A stretch of DNA of 63,994 nucleotides, filler included, from Aduncisulcus paluster (lineage: Eukaryota): NCBI GenBank assembly GCA_024181965.1. It is 15 parts of 15 records of this genome, joined end to end, with 100 filler letters (N's around TTAATTAATTAA, not from the genome) between each part and the next. Parts side by side here need not be neighbours in the genome. Positions count along the whole stretch, not along the records: positions 25,003 to 26,435 come from BQXS01011940.1; positions 26,536 to 28,216 come from BQXS01011941.1; positions 28,317 to 31,691 come from BQXS01011942.1; positions 31,792 to 42,136 come from BQXS01011943.1; 11 more parts are not named here. One strand, 5' to 3'. Below are positions 24,903 through 37,088 of this stretch, one piece after another. Within the stretch, counting starts at the first letter, position 1, and each line of letters starts with the position of its first letter. Under the pieces are notes generated by a model. The model worked only from the letters and a program-made list of their open reading frames with translations. It had not been told where the DNA came from and did not search any database. Both the position numbers and the translations under genes were made by a program.

Positions 24903-25086
24903 NNNNNNNNNNNNNNNNNNNNNNNNNNNNNNNNNNNNNNNNNNNNTTAATTAATTAANNNNNNNNNNNNNNNNNNNNNNNNNNNNNNNNNNNNNNNNNN
25001 NNGTTAGCAAATGCCGATTCAATCTCAAAGCAGATTGATCAATTCTCACCTCTTGTCAAGCTTCCAGGGAAACTATTCAAAACCAA

Positions 25087-25139
25087 GGGCTAATGGCGAG
25101 GGGATGATTACGGGCTAATGGCGAGGGGATGATTACGGG
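25087..25139. repeat. Perfect 25-bp tandem duplication
   Basis: GGGCTAATGGCGAGGGGATGATTAC twice, then GGG. Confidence 0.9.
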
Positions 25140-25475
25140 AAGTTTCTAGCATGGTTTTCTCAAATGGTTCAGGTGGCATTTCAAATGACAAACTCATCGT
25201 TCCATGTTTTTCATCATCTATGTTTTAGTCCATTTTCTAATTTAAATATATTTCACCCTTCAATCACCAATGTGCGATGTTGCTGTGTAAGATAAAAAAG
25301 ACATTTTAAGGATCAGCTCCGTAGAGCCCAACACTTATAGTGCAAAGACCATTTCACAGGTTCTTTCTTTTTTTCTAGTAAACTATTAAACCCCACCACA
25401 GGGCAATGCCAAAAGTCCAAATATTGATTGGCATCATAGGGCGTGGTGGGATTTATTATTAAGGTTATGAAACTG

Positions 25476-26253
25476 ATTAATTTATCAACCGATGAGAAAG
25501 ATACCGAAGAAGGAAGGGAGAAGAAGGGAAAGTAGTGAAGAGAGAAGAGAGTTCTGGATATACAATGGGGTCTAATAACTAAAAGATATCAATGAATGTA
25601 TCTAATGAAAGACAGATTGCATGTTGTTCATGACACGGTTCGATGTCCTTGATTGTGGTTATTGTATTTAATGCACACATATGGTCCACTTGAAATATAG
25701 ATGGTATTTAGAACAACCTCCAAGACATTATGGAACGATATGGATATCATGTTTGACCCAGTCAGAGAGAGCCAAGGAGAAGCACGGGTGGAAGGAAGGG
25801 ACGAGTAATGAAGGATATAAACCAAGGGTCGTTCACGTTATTCATGTTGGTGACCAATGTTATATATAAATATATATATTCGTGATAGTAAGGAAGAAGA
25901 GTCTTGAGGAGAGAAAGAAGAGAGTGTAGGCCAGACCAAGAGGCAATCACACCAATGGTTATTCTGAGAGAGAGAGAGAGAGAGAGACAAATATGGCTAG
26001 CTCGCCACCGTTCTTGTGATGCAGCGACATAAAATGAAAGTATCATAAGAACAAAGTCAGATTAAACCGATAATATTAATTTATCAACCGATGGTGCGAT
26101 GGTTCGTATCGATGTCAAGATCTCATCAAGACAGATAGCATTTAGTATCATAAAAACTAAGCAAGAAGGTGAGAAAGATAACGAAGAAGGAAGGAAGAAG
26201 AGAAGGAAAGGAGTGAAGAGAAGAGAGTTCTGGATATACAATGGGCTCCAATA
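25476..26253. repeat. Two diverged direct repeats (25476-25577 and 26075-26253) on a non-coding contig
   Basis: Both contain ATTAATTTATCAACCGATG and GAGAAGAGAGTTCTGGATATACAATGGG; the second has 78 extra bp (26094-26171). Confidence 0.8.
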
Positions 26254-26535
26254 TGACAGTTCGATGGCTTTCATTGAGTTCATCAGTATAGATTCGATGA
26301 AGGGCACTGGGGTTAGAGAGAACCTATTATATTGGTCTGGTTTTCAAGAATGGAAGGACCTAGGTTCCAAGAATCAAGAAGAAGCTTGTATCCAACTGTG
26401 GACATAGACATTTCTTGAGGATGTTCCAATAGAACNNNNNNNNNNNNNNNNNNNNNNNNNNNNNNNNNNNNNNNNNNNNTTAATTAATTAANNNNNNNNN
26501 NNNNNNNNNNNNNNNNNNNNNNNNNNNNNNNNNNN

Positions 26536-26790
26536 CTCCCCCATCAGATCTGAGAATTGAAGGGTTCCCAAATATGGTGAAGTAGTGTCTCAGCTCAGGG
26601 ATCGTTTCATCCGCCGAACCCGTCCTTAAAGGTGTGATTATGATAAATCTTGTGAAATCATCTACAATTACCAGCAGATATTTGTAGCCTTCATCATCCA
26701 TGTCACATGGACCAATTGTATCTACTGAAATACTGTGCCATGTTCTAGGGGCACGTAGAGTCCCCTGACCTCTTGGAAGTGCGACGGAGC
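26536..26790 (-). mobile_element. LTR retrotransposon integrase core fragment (rve, Ty3/gypsy-like)
   Basis: WHSISVDTIGP...YKYLLVIVDDFTRF...FGNPSILRSDGG carries the first two Asp of the DDE triad; the frame is closed upstream by TAG at 26813-26815. Confidence 0.9.
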
Positions 26791-27001
26791 TGTTTTCAGA
26801 CCAAAGGGCATCCTACTCCATAGAAAAGTACCCAATGGTGTTGAAAATGCCAGTTTATCCTGCGAAGTATCCTCGACTCCCACGTTATAGTATCCTGACT
26901 TGAGGTCGATTGCTGCTGTTGACTGGTTACAATTTACTAAATAAACGAAAAGGCTTGTGTTCTATAATTAGAACATCCTGAGAAGGTGACACTTCCCCCC
27001 T
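26791..27001 (-). mobile_element. Putative polypurine tract plus about 200-bp 3' LTR
   Basis: Minus strand reads AGGGGGGAAG (27001-26992), then TGTCACC... (26991), ending ...GAAAACA (26791) where the integrase-like sequence begins. Confidence 0.5.
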
Positions 27002-28641
27002 AGAACCAAGCCTACCGTTGTTTTTCCCTTTCTTTCTCGAATTTCTAAAAATAGACATTCATTCCAACGCTTTCTGAATGATTCTCTAACTCTTCAATTT
27101 TTTCTCATTTCTATTTTTAGACTTCATATTCTTTCTCAGCATCTCGAATTACCCCGCATTGCATTCTATTTTTATCTCCCATATCGAATTTTTGGAAAAC
27201 CTTCGACATACGAATTTCGTGCATCCCTTCCTCCTCCCAACCGGTCAGCCGGCGAGTTTCCGTCGGCAACCTGGTCGTTTTTCAAAATTTCCCATATTTG
27301 ATTATTTTTGATTTCTTTTTATGATATTTTCTGTTAATATTATTAAAGTTATGGTTTAGGGTGCTATTTTGTTTCTTATATCACATCCATTGTTCCTATA
27401 TCGTTCTAGAATTGCTTTCCCATTGGTAATTCACTAATAAATGTATTTCTTAAACATTTTAACGGGTTAAAATTCAATTATTTCTTTTTGCACTTCTTTA
27501 ATCATTATTATTATTCTGAATTTTCCTTTCGTTTTGTATTATTTTGAAATTTGATTTTTTCACTCTATTCTTAACAATTTTTTACCATTATAATTTATAA
27601 ATATATGATTTATATATATTTCAGAAACATTTATCGTGTTCTTACTTCTGATATTTCTTGTTCTTATAATTTTTGTGAAATTTGCTCTTTTTCCTTCGGC
27701 TTGCTAATTTTTCTTCCTTCCTATGATATTTTTAAGCTATTATTATACCTTTCCCAACTCATCTTCGATTGTATTTTCTTTCGAAAACCCATATTTTCTC
27801 GATTCTTTCCGCCGTTGTTTCTTCGTCGTTTAATCATATTCTTCCGATTCTTTTTGTATTTCCCGAAGGTATATCGACTTTCCATGGTATTTCCGACTGT
27901 ATTTGTTTTGTTTTGTCATATTATCTGAGGAAATACGGAAATATTTTTATCATGGGCTTCTGTCTTCTTTTTGCTATTTTTCTGGTTCAATTAGCTGGCA
28001 TTCCTTGTTAGGATGGTCCTTTTGGATGAACTACCTTCCTATCCTCTATGAATCCATCTGTTCTACTTTCTTCTTGTTTCAATCCGTTTTGAATTGCTCC
28101 AAATCATACAATATGTACGGTGCTTGTCTATTTCGACCGTCTTACATGTCTTGTTTGTCTATGTCCTGTCTGTTCACCAACTAGTTGCCTGTTCTGTGTA
28201 ATAAAATCCCTATAGTNNNNNNNNNNNNNNNNNNNNNNNNNNNNNNNNNNNNNNNNNNNNTTAATTAATTAANNNNNNNNNNNNNNNNNNNNNNNNNNNN
28301 NNNNNNNNNNNNNNNNAACTGGATTGAAATGTCGATCCACTGACAAGATGTCATTATTCGATAAGACTTATCCACAACAGTTCATTGAGAATCGCAATTT
28401 TCAAGAGCTAAATTCCTTTTAATCACTATATTGAAACCAAATGTGTCATTTCTATGATAAAAATATGAAGAATTAAATAGATGAGGGGAAACAGATTCGA
28501 GTATGACACCACATCAAATTAGATCCAAAAAAAATTCGAATTATTATTCTAACATATTAGATTGTGTAATAAATGCTCTCAATTGTTGTGGTCAGTTCCA
28601 AATTCAAGCAAAATCTCAGAGTCATTCTTTGCTCACAAACT

Positions 28642-30467
28642 ATGCAGAAAAAGCCAAAGGCAAGCCATGAAAAATATGCCATTAAGGAGATTGAGAAGTA
28701 TTACAAAAGACTTCTCTCAACTCAAGAAGAATTTGTGAAGATGTATGTGTTTATTTGTTCCCCTTTGTTATTATGATTTCTCTTTTTTAAAACAAAGAAG
28801 AATTAATATAAATTGGTTATATAATCTGTTTTTTTCTTTCTTTTTATATTTTCTATTAAATGATTAGGAAATCTAAAAAAGAATCTATATTATCCAGTGA
28901 TGTTCCAGATGATGAAAAAAAGCATGCTGAAGATGCTTGGAAATCATTTTTGGAAACCAAGAGAAAGGAAAGGTTTGCTCGTAGATGCAAACCTCGAAAA
29001 GAAGACTATGAGAATTTGAAACAGATTGGTCAAGGTGCTTTTGGGGAAGTTTGGCTTGTAAAATCCAAAGCCAATGGGAAGATTTATGCCATGAAAAAGT
29101 TATCCAAAGTTGCGATGACCCGTAAGTCCCAGGTTGGTCATGTTCGGACCGAGCGTAATATTCTTGCTCTTGCCAAGTCAGATTGGATTATTGAGTTAAA
29201 TGCTGCCTTTAGAGACGATTCTTACCTTTATTTTATTCTTGAATACTGCCCAGGTGGAGATATGATGAATCTACTAATCAAATATGATATTTTCCCTGAA
29301 GAAGTGACTCGTTTCTACATTGCCGAGACAGTTTTGGCAATTGCTGCAGTGCATGAACGTGGATACATGCACAGAGATATTAAGCCAGATAATTTATTGT
29401 TCGATTCCAAAGGGCACATTAAGCTCAGCGATTTCGGTCTTGCAAGTGGCTTTGAGGATTTACGATTGAAGAAGTTCCAAGAATCTGTATCTTCCTCCTC
29501 TTCCTCTTCGGCACCAAAGCATATGGTTTCCCGTGAGGAGATGATGACAACATGGAGAGGAAGACGTTTGAAGGCCCATTCTGTTGTTGGTACTCCCGAT
29601 TACATTGCTCCCGAAGTCCTTAGTGGTGAGAGTGGTAAAGATGGGTATGGTCCCGAAGCTGATTGGTGGTCCCTTGGGTGCATTATGTACGAATGTCTCA
29701 TTGGGTATCCTCCTTTCACCGGACGCACAACGAGTGAAACGTGCAGTAAGATTGCACGTTGGCGAACTTCATTGGTATTTCNNNNNNNNNNNNNNNNNNN
29801 NCGATTGAAGAAGTTCCAAGAATCTGTATCTTCCTCCTCTTCCTCTTCGGCACCAAAGCATATGGTTTCCCGTGAGGAGATGATGACAACATGGAGAGGA
29901 AGACGTTTGAAGGCCCATTCTGTTGTTGGTACTCCCGATTACATTGCTCCCGAAGTCCTTAGTGGGGAGAGTGGTAAAGATGGGTATGGTCCCGAAGCTG
30001 ATTGGTGGTCCCTTGGGTGCATTATGTACGAATGTCTCATTGGGTATCCTCCTTTCACCGGACGCACAACGAGTGAAACGTGCAGTAAGATTGCACGTTG
30101 GCGAACTTCATTGGTATTTCCGCCAGAGCCACAGTTAAGTGTTGAAGCCAAGGACCTCATTTATCGTTTCTTATGTGATTCAAAGAATAGATTGGGATAT
30201 AAGCGTGGTGTTCGTGATATTATGAGACATCGCTTCTTCCACGGTGTCAATTGGGAAAGATTAAGGATGATGAGAGCACCATTCCAACCGAAACTCAAGT
30301 CTCCTTCTGATACACGGTACTTTGACAAGTTCGACAAGGCCCATCATGATAAGATTGAGGCCACCGTGAGTCAAGGGTTGAGAAAGAAGAGAAAGTATGA
30401 TATGCCATTTGCAGGATTTACATTCAGGGAATCTGACACGGCCCATGGGAGTATTCCTTTTAAATAA
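28642..30467 (+). CDS. NDR/STK38/Cbk1-family AGC kinase, two exons
   Basis: GQGAFGEV, YAMKKL, HVRTERNIL, HRDIKPDN, LSDFG with a long activation-loop insert, AHSVVGTPDYIAPE, and hydrophobic motif PFAGFTF. Exon 1 encodes the IEKYY N-terminal regulatory helix. The start could instead be ATG 28573. Confidence 0.93.
28743..28867 (+). other. Predicted spliceosomal intron, 125 nt, phase 2
   Basis: GTATGT...GATTAG; splicing gives AAG AT/G AAA TCT and joins ORFs 28573 and 28860 in frame. Confidence 0.85.
29463..30120. repeat. 319-bp overlap duplication around a 20-N gap (artefact)
   Basis: 29463-29781 matches 29802-30120 with one difference noticed (T29627/G29966). Confidence 0.9.
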
Positions 30468-30954
30468 TTAACCTCTCTTCCGAATTTTATTTCGTATTTT
30501 ATCTGCCGTTTTTATTTTATTTATTTATTTATTTATTTATTTTTTTTTATTTTCAAATACTATTTGGCGATAGTATCGCCACTGAGGTTCAAGTTGATTG
30601 ATTTATAGAGATCATTCTGTATTTAGTAGATTCATGTAAGGATTATTATTCAACATTGTGATCGGTATTATTCTGTGCGAAATAAATAGAGAAATTGAAA
30701 GAATCAATTAAAATCAGAGTTTTTTTCTAAAATATAGGATATGTTATATCTCTATTCTTATTGATAAAGGCCAAAATATATTTGGATTCGTGAGGCTTAT
30801 TATAGAAGAATATTTTTCTTTTGAAAATTAAATTTAAAAAAATAAATACAAGCTTGTCGCATTTTTATTTTTTACTTGGCATTTTATTCATAAGAATTAT
30901 GACACTCATGTATCCAGTCACATTTATGGGTTTGGCGACATCACAATTGTTATA

Positions 30955-31691
30955 ATGTTCCATAAAGAGTTTGAAACGAGGAGTGCTCGTGTGAAAGGAA
31001 TTTCCTTTCATCCAAGTCGGCCTTGGATCCTTGTTTCACTTCATACCGGAGAAATTCAGCTCTGGGATTATGTTTTCTCAATCTTAATTGATACGTTCAG
31101 TTCTGGAGATGGCTCAGAGGGCCATAAAGGTCCTGTTAGGGGTGTTGATTTCCACCGTACTCAACCAATCTTTGTTTCTGGTGGTGACGATAGAAAAGTC
31201 CGCTTATGGAATTATAATGAGAGGTCGCATAATCCTTGTGTACATACTTTTGAGGGACATACGGATTATGTGAGAAGTGTGTCATTTCATAAGATTTTCC
31301 CCTGGATCGTTTCTGCATCTGATGATCATACTGCTCGTATTTGGAATTGGCAATCAAGAACAAGAATGGCAGACCTTGTCGGCCATACGAATTTTGTTAC
31401 GTGTGCTCGTTTTCATCCTCGTCTAGAACTTGTTGCCACAACATCAATGGATTTGTCTGTTAGAGTCTGGGATATCTCACAACTCAAGTTTAAAGCTCAT
31501 GCTGGAAGGATGTCTGCTCTTCAAAAAGTTGCCATCAATGTTCTTACCTTCCCCTTGACTGTTATTTCTGATTCTATTGCTGGAGATGGACATGAGGATG
31601 GATTACGCTCCGTAGATTGGCATCCAACTGATGATTCCAAGCTCATTACCTCTTCAGATGACCACACTGTCCGCGAGTGGAGAGTTCCTCT
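30955..31691 (+). CDS. COPA: Coatomer subunit alpha, N-terminal WD40 region, 3'-partial
   Basis: [65 protein letters not shown]. Confidence 0.95.
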
Positions 31692-31791
31692 NNNNNNNNN
31701 NNNNNNNNNNNNNNNNNNNNNNNNNNNNNNNNNNNTTAATTAATTAANNNNNNNNNNNNNNNNNNNNNNNNNNNNNNNNNNNNNNNNNNNN

Positions 31792-32093
31792 GGAGGAAGT
31801 TAGCCGGAAGAGGAGTAATAACAACACAAAGAAAGGCTGATAGATCCTCAAGGTTAGGGTTGAAAATGTCTGAAAAGAAACATAAGTCGTTATATACGAA
31901 AAAGGAGAAGAAAGAGGAGAAAGAGGAGAAGGAGGTTTCCAGTGGAGGTTCTAAGCCAACAAAGCCAACAAAGCATAAAAAGGAGAAGAGAGAAGGAAGA
32001 GGAAAGGAAGAGACAAGCAAGAAGTCTGGTAAGAGAAGACATACGGATTCAGAATTGAAAAAGGATAGCAAAAAAAAGAAGAGGAAAGAATAG
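31792..32093 (+). CDS. 3' end of a Lys/Glu-rich hypothetical protein
   Basis: Frame open from the contig start to TAG at 32093; converges on the next gene 40 bp away. Confidence 0.5.
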
Positions 32094-32133
32094 ATTTAAT
32101 TGAATTGATCATGAAATAAACTGAGATCTATTT

Positions 32134-35100
32134 CTATTCCTTACCGACACGATCAACTTCCTTTATCAGTTCTCCGAGATAACCCTGCCATTCATCCCAT
32201 TGTGTTTGTCTTGGAGGATATTTACCACATTTTCTATATAAGTTCATGACATCTCGGACTCCCTTATGACAGGCTTCACAGACTTCCCTTAGAGTCACAT
32301 GGAACAATAACTCGTCACTTGAGACACAACGTACTGATTGGGCAGGAATGAGTTTAACTTGTTCATTGATAACATCCCAACCGACTTCATGAGCTTGTGC
32401 AAGTCCTTGCTGAACATTCTCAACAAAAGCAAACAAAAAGGCTCGACGGAGATGTTCGACAAGACACAGGGTGTGAGGGAAACGTTTTTGAACTTGTTTG
32501 ATAAAATGTTTAGTGAAAAATGGAATAGAAACATCAGAATCTGGTTCTGAATCACATATTTTGGGACATTTCATAAGAGATGACCCATTGGATGTGCTAT
32601 TTTTAGAAACTCCGGCATTCTTCTTCATGCCCATATGTTTTGATGGATCTGGTTTCTTCTCACTCTCAACTATTCCTAGACCTGTGAGAAACACGGATGG
32701 GGATGTGAGTGAGTTTGAGATCATCGAATGAGGATAATTCGTATGTTGTTCGGAGTAAGCAGGATTGTTTGGAGATGTGGATGGGTCAGAGTGTTTAATA
32801 AGACCAGAGGATACAAGACTGTCTTCCTTCCAATCTTTGGGCATGTCTCCGAGAGCTCCAATATCACTTTCTTTCGCACGAATACATATAAACAATAGGA
32901 TGACACTCAAAGCTCTCAAATAAACACTCCTCGCTTTGGCCATCTCAAGGCTTTGTTTCTTCACCTCTTGCATTGCGACTGACCAGAAATCCTTATACTT
33001 ACCTGCCACAGAATCCACAGGAGGGATATGAACGAGTCCCAGCAACTCCATGAAATGATCTTCCAGTTTTGAGTCGTTTTGTCCAGACTCAGTCATCTTC
33101 CCAGTCCATTGGCTCACTATATCTCTTCCTTGCATGCCATCGCCTAAACGATGCTCCATATCCCTCTCCTCTTGCTTCCTCTTCCTACCTCTCTCTNNNN
33201 NNNNNNNNNNNNNNNNCTTACCTGCCACAGAATCCACAGGAGGGATATGAACGAGTCCCAGCAACTCCATGAAATGATCTTCCAGTTTTGAGTCGTTTTG
33301 TCCAGACTCAGTCATCTTCCCAGTCCATTGGCTCACTATATCTCTTCCTTGCATGCCATCGCCTAAACGATGCTCCATATCCCTCTCCTCTTGCTTCCTC
33401 TTCCTGCCTCTCTCTGCGAATCGTGTGAGAGTATGTAACGTATGACGGTACACATCCTGCTGCCCTAACATGTCTTTGCCACCAATGATTCCATTGTGAG
33501 TATGTTTGGTAAGGGGCATGTAATCTTGTTCGTCTTCTTTCTCACTCGCACTACGATCATTCTCAGCTTTTACAATTCCAAAAATAGAATCATACACATC
33601 TCCGCAAACACAGAGAGGTAACGACAAACGAAGGAGGCTCTCAACTTGGACACGCAGAGATAATTGAGTTGGAGTTAATGGAGGTAGCTTGTCATCGTTT
33701 CCACGGGACATTCGAGAAGACATCTGGCCATATCGAGCTGTGATGGAACCAGATCTATCGTCACCTGATGCAGCTACAACAGCCAGATCTTCTTGAGTAA
33801 TTCCAAAAATATCCTCAAACCGAGTTCTTGAGAAAGAAAGAACAAGAGATATCACGACTTCCCTGGCTTGTGCAGATGAACTGAAATATGTTGAAGTTCT
33901 CACAGAAGTTGAGGAAGAGGCATGCCCAAAGGAAGAGGCATGCCCAGTTGGAGAATGGATTGTGCCAATAGTAGTACCCTGTGATTGTTGGGCTGTGCCT
34001 GTGGATTCATTGGATGTCGATGTTGGAGGATGTGGTTGCTGGTGTCCAGGGTGCACAGTGGAGGAGGATGGGACAGGAGTATGAGAGGATGATGATTGTC
34101 CAAAAGTCGTCGACCGTTCAGCACGCCTGGCTCGAAGCTCAGCTATACGACCACCGACACGTCTCTTCTCTACTTTGGCATCGCCTGCCCAAGGATGTTT
34201 GATATGAGGCAGGGTGAACCTATGACGTCGCAGAGATATGATATCCTGAAGGTTTGAAGCATTGTTCATCAAAGAGCGAAGAGCATGATTCATCGTTTGA
34301 CGGGGTGTGAATGATCGTTTTCCTTTCCCTGCTCCACCAAGAATCCTACCTCTTCCGGGAACTTCACTGATTGAGTGAACATTCTTCATCGCTAATCGTA
34401 GAGCAGTTGGTGAAATGCCAACACGACGGGCAACGTCTGTCTGGAATGAAGCTTTCTGCAGGGAAGAGGAGGATTCATTTGCAATTAGTCCAGCAGCAGC
34501 GGTCGAGTCCATGATCATAGTTTGTTTCTGACCTGATGGTGGATTATTAGAGTCGAGGGGAGACATGGAAATAATCATAGATGTGGAAGCATCAAGGTCC
34601 TCTCTCTTGAGAAGCTTAGATGTCGGTTTGGGACGGTCTGTCTTGGAAACTTGCGGCCCTGATTGCTCCTTGAGGGAAGAGTGAATTCTATTGGCAATGG
34701 CTTGGGCAGATGATGAAGCCACTGATTGTAGCAAAGGGGCATGTGTATTCATGGTGCTTGCAACGTCTATTCTTCCTCCACCACCTTTCCCTTTCTTTAT
34801 ATTTCCCCTCTTCTTCAGCTCCTCTTCTTCTTCTTGCTTCTTCTTCATTTTATACAGTTCAACTCGTTCCCGCATGGTCATTCCAGGCTTCTGTGGAGGT
34901 CTTCTCCTCACACCGTCTTTATCTGGAGCAATGATGGCTGCAGTACCAGTGTCGATCGTCATGTCCACTGTACCATCTGCTTTATAGCCTAATCTCTTAT
35001 GCCCAGCACTTAGAGCTGGTTTCTTCTTCTTCTTGGCGATCACATCCACCAATAAGGCTAAATCTGGAGCTCCTGAGAACACTACTCGTTCTCTTTCGTT

Positions 35101-36832
35101 GCGTTTCTTCAACGCTCTCTTAAACTTCATATTCATCATTTTCAGGCGAACACTTGTCAGATATCTCTGATATGACAACATTCCAGCCCATCTACACTCT
35201 ATCTGTGGGGGAACTTTATAATCTTCATCGTCTTGTCTTTGTTCTTCTGCTTTCTTTTTATCAAGCACAGCCTTGAGATCCTCATCAGATATCTTTGGTC
35301 CTGTTCGTTCTAACATGCTTTCTAAGTGTGTGAATGGTTTTGCATGATCAGGGAGAGAAAAGAGAGACTTTGAATGGTGCATGGAGGAAGCTCTACTTTC
35401 GGCAGAGATCGAGGGTACAACGGGGTCCTTAGTTATCCTTTTCTTTGCCAATATAGCCTTTTCCCTGAGCTTTCTTTCTGCTTGGATAATTGTCTTTTCG
35501 TGTTGAGGATTATCGTCCTCCTCTCGATGGAATATATCATACTCACGATCTCCTTTGACTGTCCTTGACGTTTGAAGAGGGAGAGTGGAGACTGCAGGGC
35601 TTGATTCATGGGCTTCTAAGGTATCAATGCGATCCATAGTGAGTTGGAAAGATGAAGAGGAGAGCTTGGAGGGACCCATATTCCCATTTAATCGTCTCGT
35701 AGCTCTTCCATACTGATGATCATGATCAGATTCTTCGAGTAAGGCTTCATCACTATATTCATATTCATCTTCCATAGCTTCCCTGTCACCTGATGTAGCA
35801 GAACGAGTGGCGGTCGGAGGTCGAGAAACATCAGGGGTAGCGACGTCAGAAAAACGTACTTTACGGCTCTTATCGCGCTTCTTTGCACTGCCACCTCGTT
35901 TTAAACGGAGATATTCCATAAATCTAACGTCTTCAAGCTGCTCCTCGGCTTCACCTTCATGAGTCATCGTTTGAAGCTCTTTTTCGGAGCCATAATGGTC
36001 AAGATAGAAGCGTAGAATTCGCTCTTGCTCAGCGTCTGTCCGAGCTCCTTTCCTTTTCTCGATTAACTGGAGCTCCAGCTCTTTGGCTGCTTTACGACGA
36101 TGCCGGAGAGCCATTTTCTTTTCCTGGTGCAACATATGTCTTCTACGGGCTTGGATATCATCGCAATCGATCTTTCCTTCCCTGAGATCTTTCTCAGTTC
36201 TTTCAATAAACTGCAAGGCTATCGAGATCATACCTTGGGCATCCATTGCGTTACCTGAATGACTAATCTTCTCAAGACACATTAGTTCTTGCATAATATT
36301 GAGCAAAAGAGACTTATCTCGTAATAAAACACATGTGGAAGGGAACAAATACTCTGCTGATGGCTTCTGGCTGAGATAGCGGGAATACCTATTCTTTGAG
36401 TTCAAATGGGACGATTGAGTGAGAGAATAATCGAATTTTTCTTCTTTTTTAAGGTCATCAAGAGACTGGCGAAGAATAAGTTGCCGTTTGGCCCAGTCAA
36501 TTTCACCAAAATATGATTTTACGGGAGCTATCCTGGGTTTGCGACTAATATATTTATAATTTGAAACAATTATGATATAGTTTTAATAAAGAAAAATTGA
36601 AAATATAATGAAATCAAATATAAACATTAGATTATACGAGGAGGGAAATGAGGAAACTAACATTAAACTTAACCACATGAACATAACTAACATACATTCT
36701 ACTTTTTATACCCATCTTATCTTTCATTGAAGTCGAAAAATCCTCTGAATTATCGACATATTCATCTAGTGAACACTTGGTATCAGCTAACTCGATAAGC
36801 GGTAATTTTTTTCGAGATATATTGCCTTTCAT
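32134..36832 (-). CDS. Large hypothetical protein, two exons (36832-36696 and 36544-32134)
   Basis: The 1423-aa ORF extends upstream to an AG acceptor and splices in frame to ORF 36632-36889 (MKGNISRKKLP...). No domain recognised. Confidence 0.75.
32998..33415. repeat. 199-bp overlap duplication around a 20-N gap (artefact)
   Basis: 32998-33196 matches 33217-33415 with one difference noticed (A33187/G33406). Confidence 0.9.
36545..36695 (-). other. Predicted spliceosomal intron, 151 nt, phase 2
   Basis: Minus strand GTATGT...ATATTAG; splicing gives AGA AT/T CGC AAA in frame. Confidence 0.8.
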
Positions 36833-37088
36833 TATATTTACAACTAATAATTTCTTTATGAAAGGTACATTACGTGCAAAAAATGGCAATTTAAATTCCA
36901 GGTCAGAAATTATTTCCTTTATCCAATAATTGATAAATATATTTTTTATTCTTGTGGATTTATTTCGATAATTATGATTATAATGCTTTTATATCCATTC
37001 CTTTTGCGACAATTTTCTCTCCTGAAAAAGAATTCAATTTTGTTCTCAAGAGGCCCCTGAAACAACTAGAGTGATAAAATTGCCCCTC

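Noticed and set aside
25087..25139. 25-bp repeat as a CRISPR array
   Set aside because: Two abutting copies with no spacers, no cas genes, eukaryotic context.
29463..30120. NDR kinase with a doubled activation segment
   Set aside because: Near-identical nucleotide copies flank a 20-N gap; this is a scaffold overlap.
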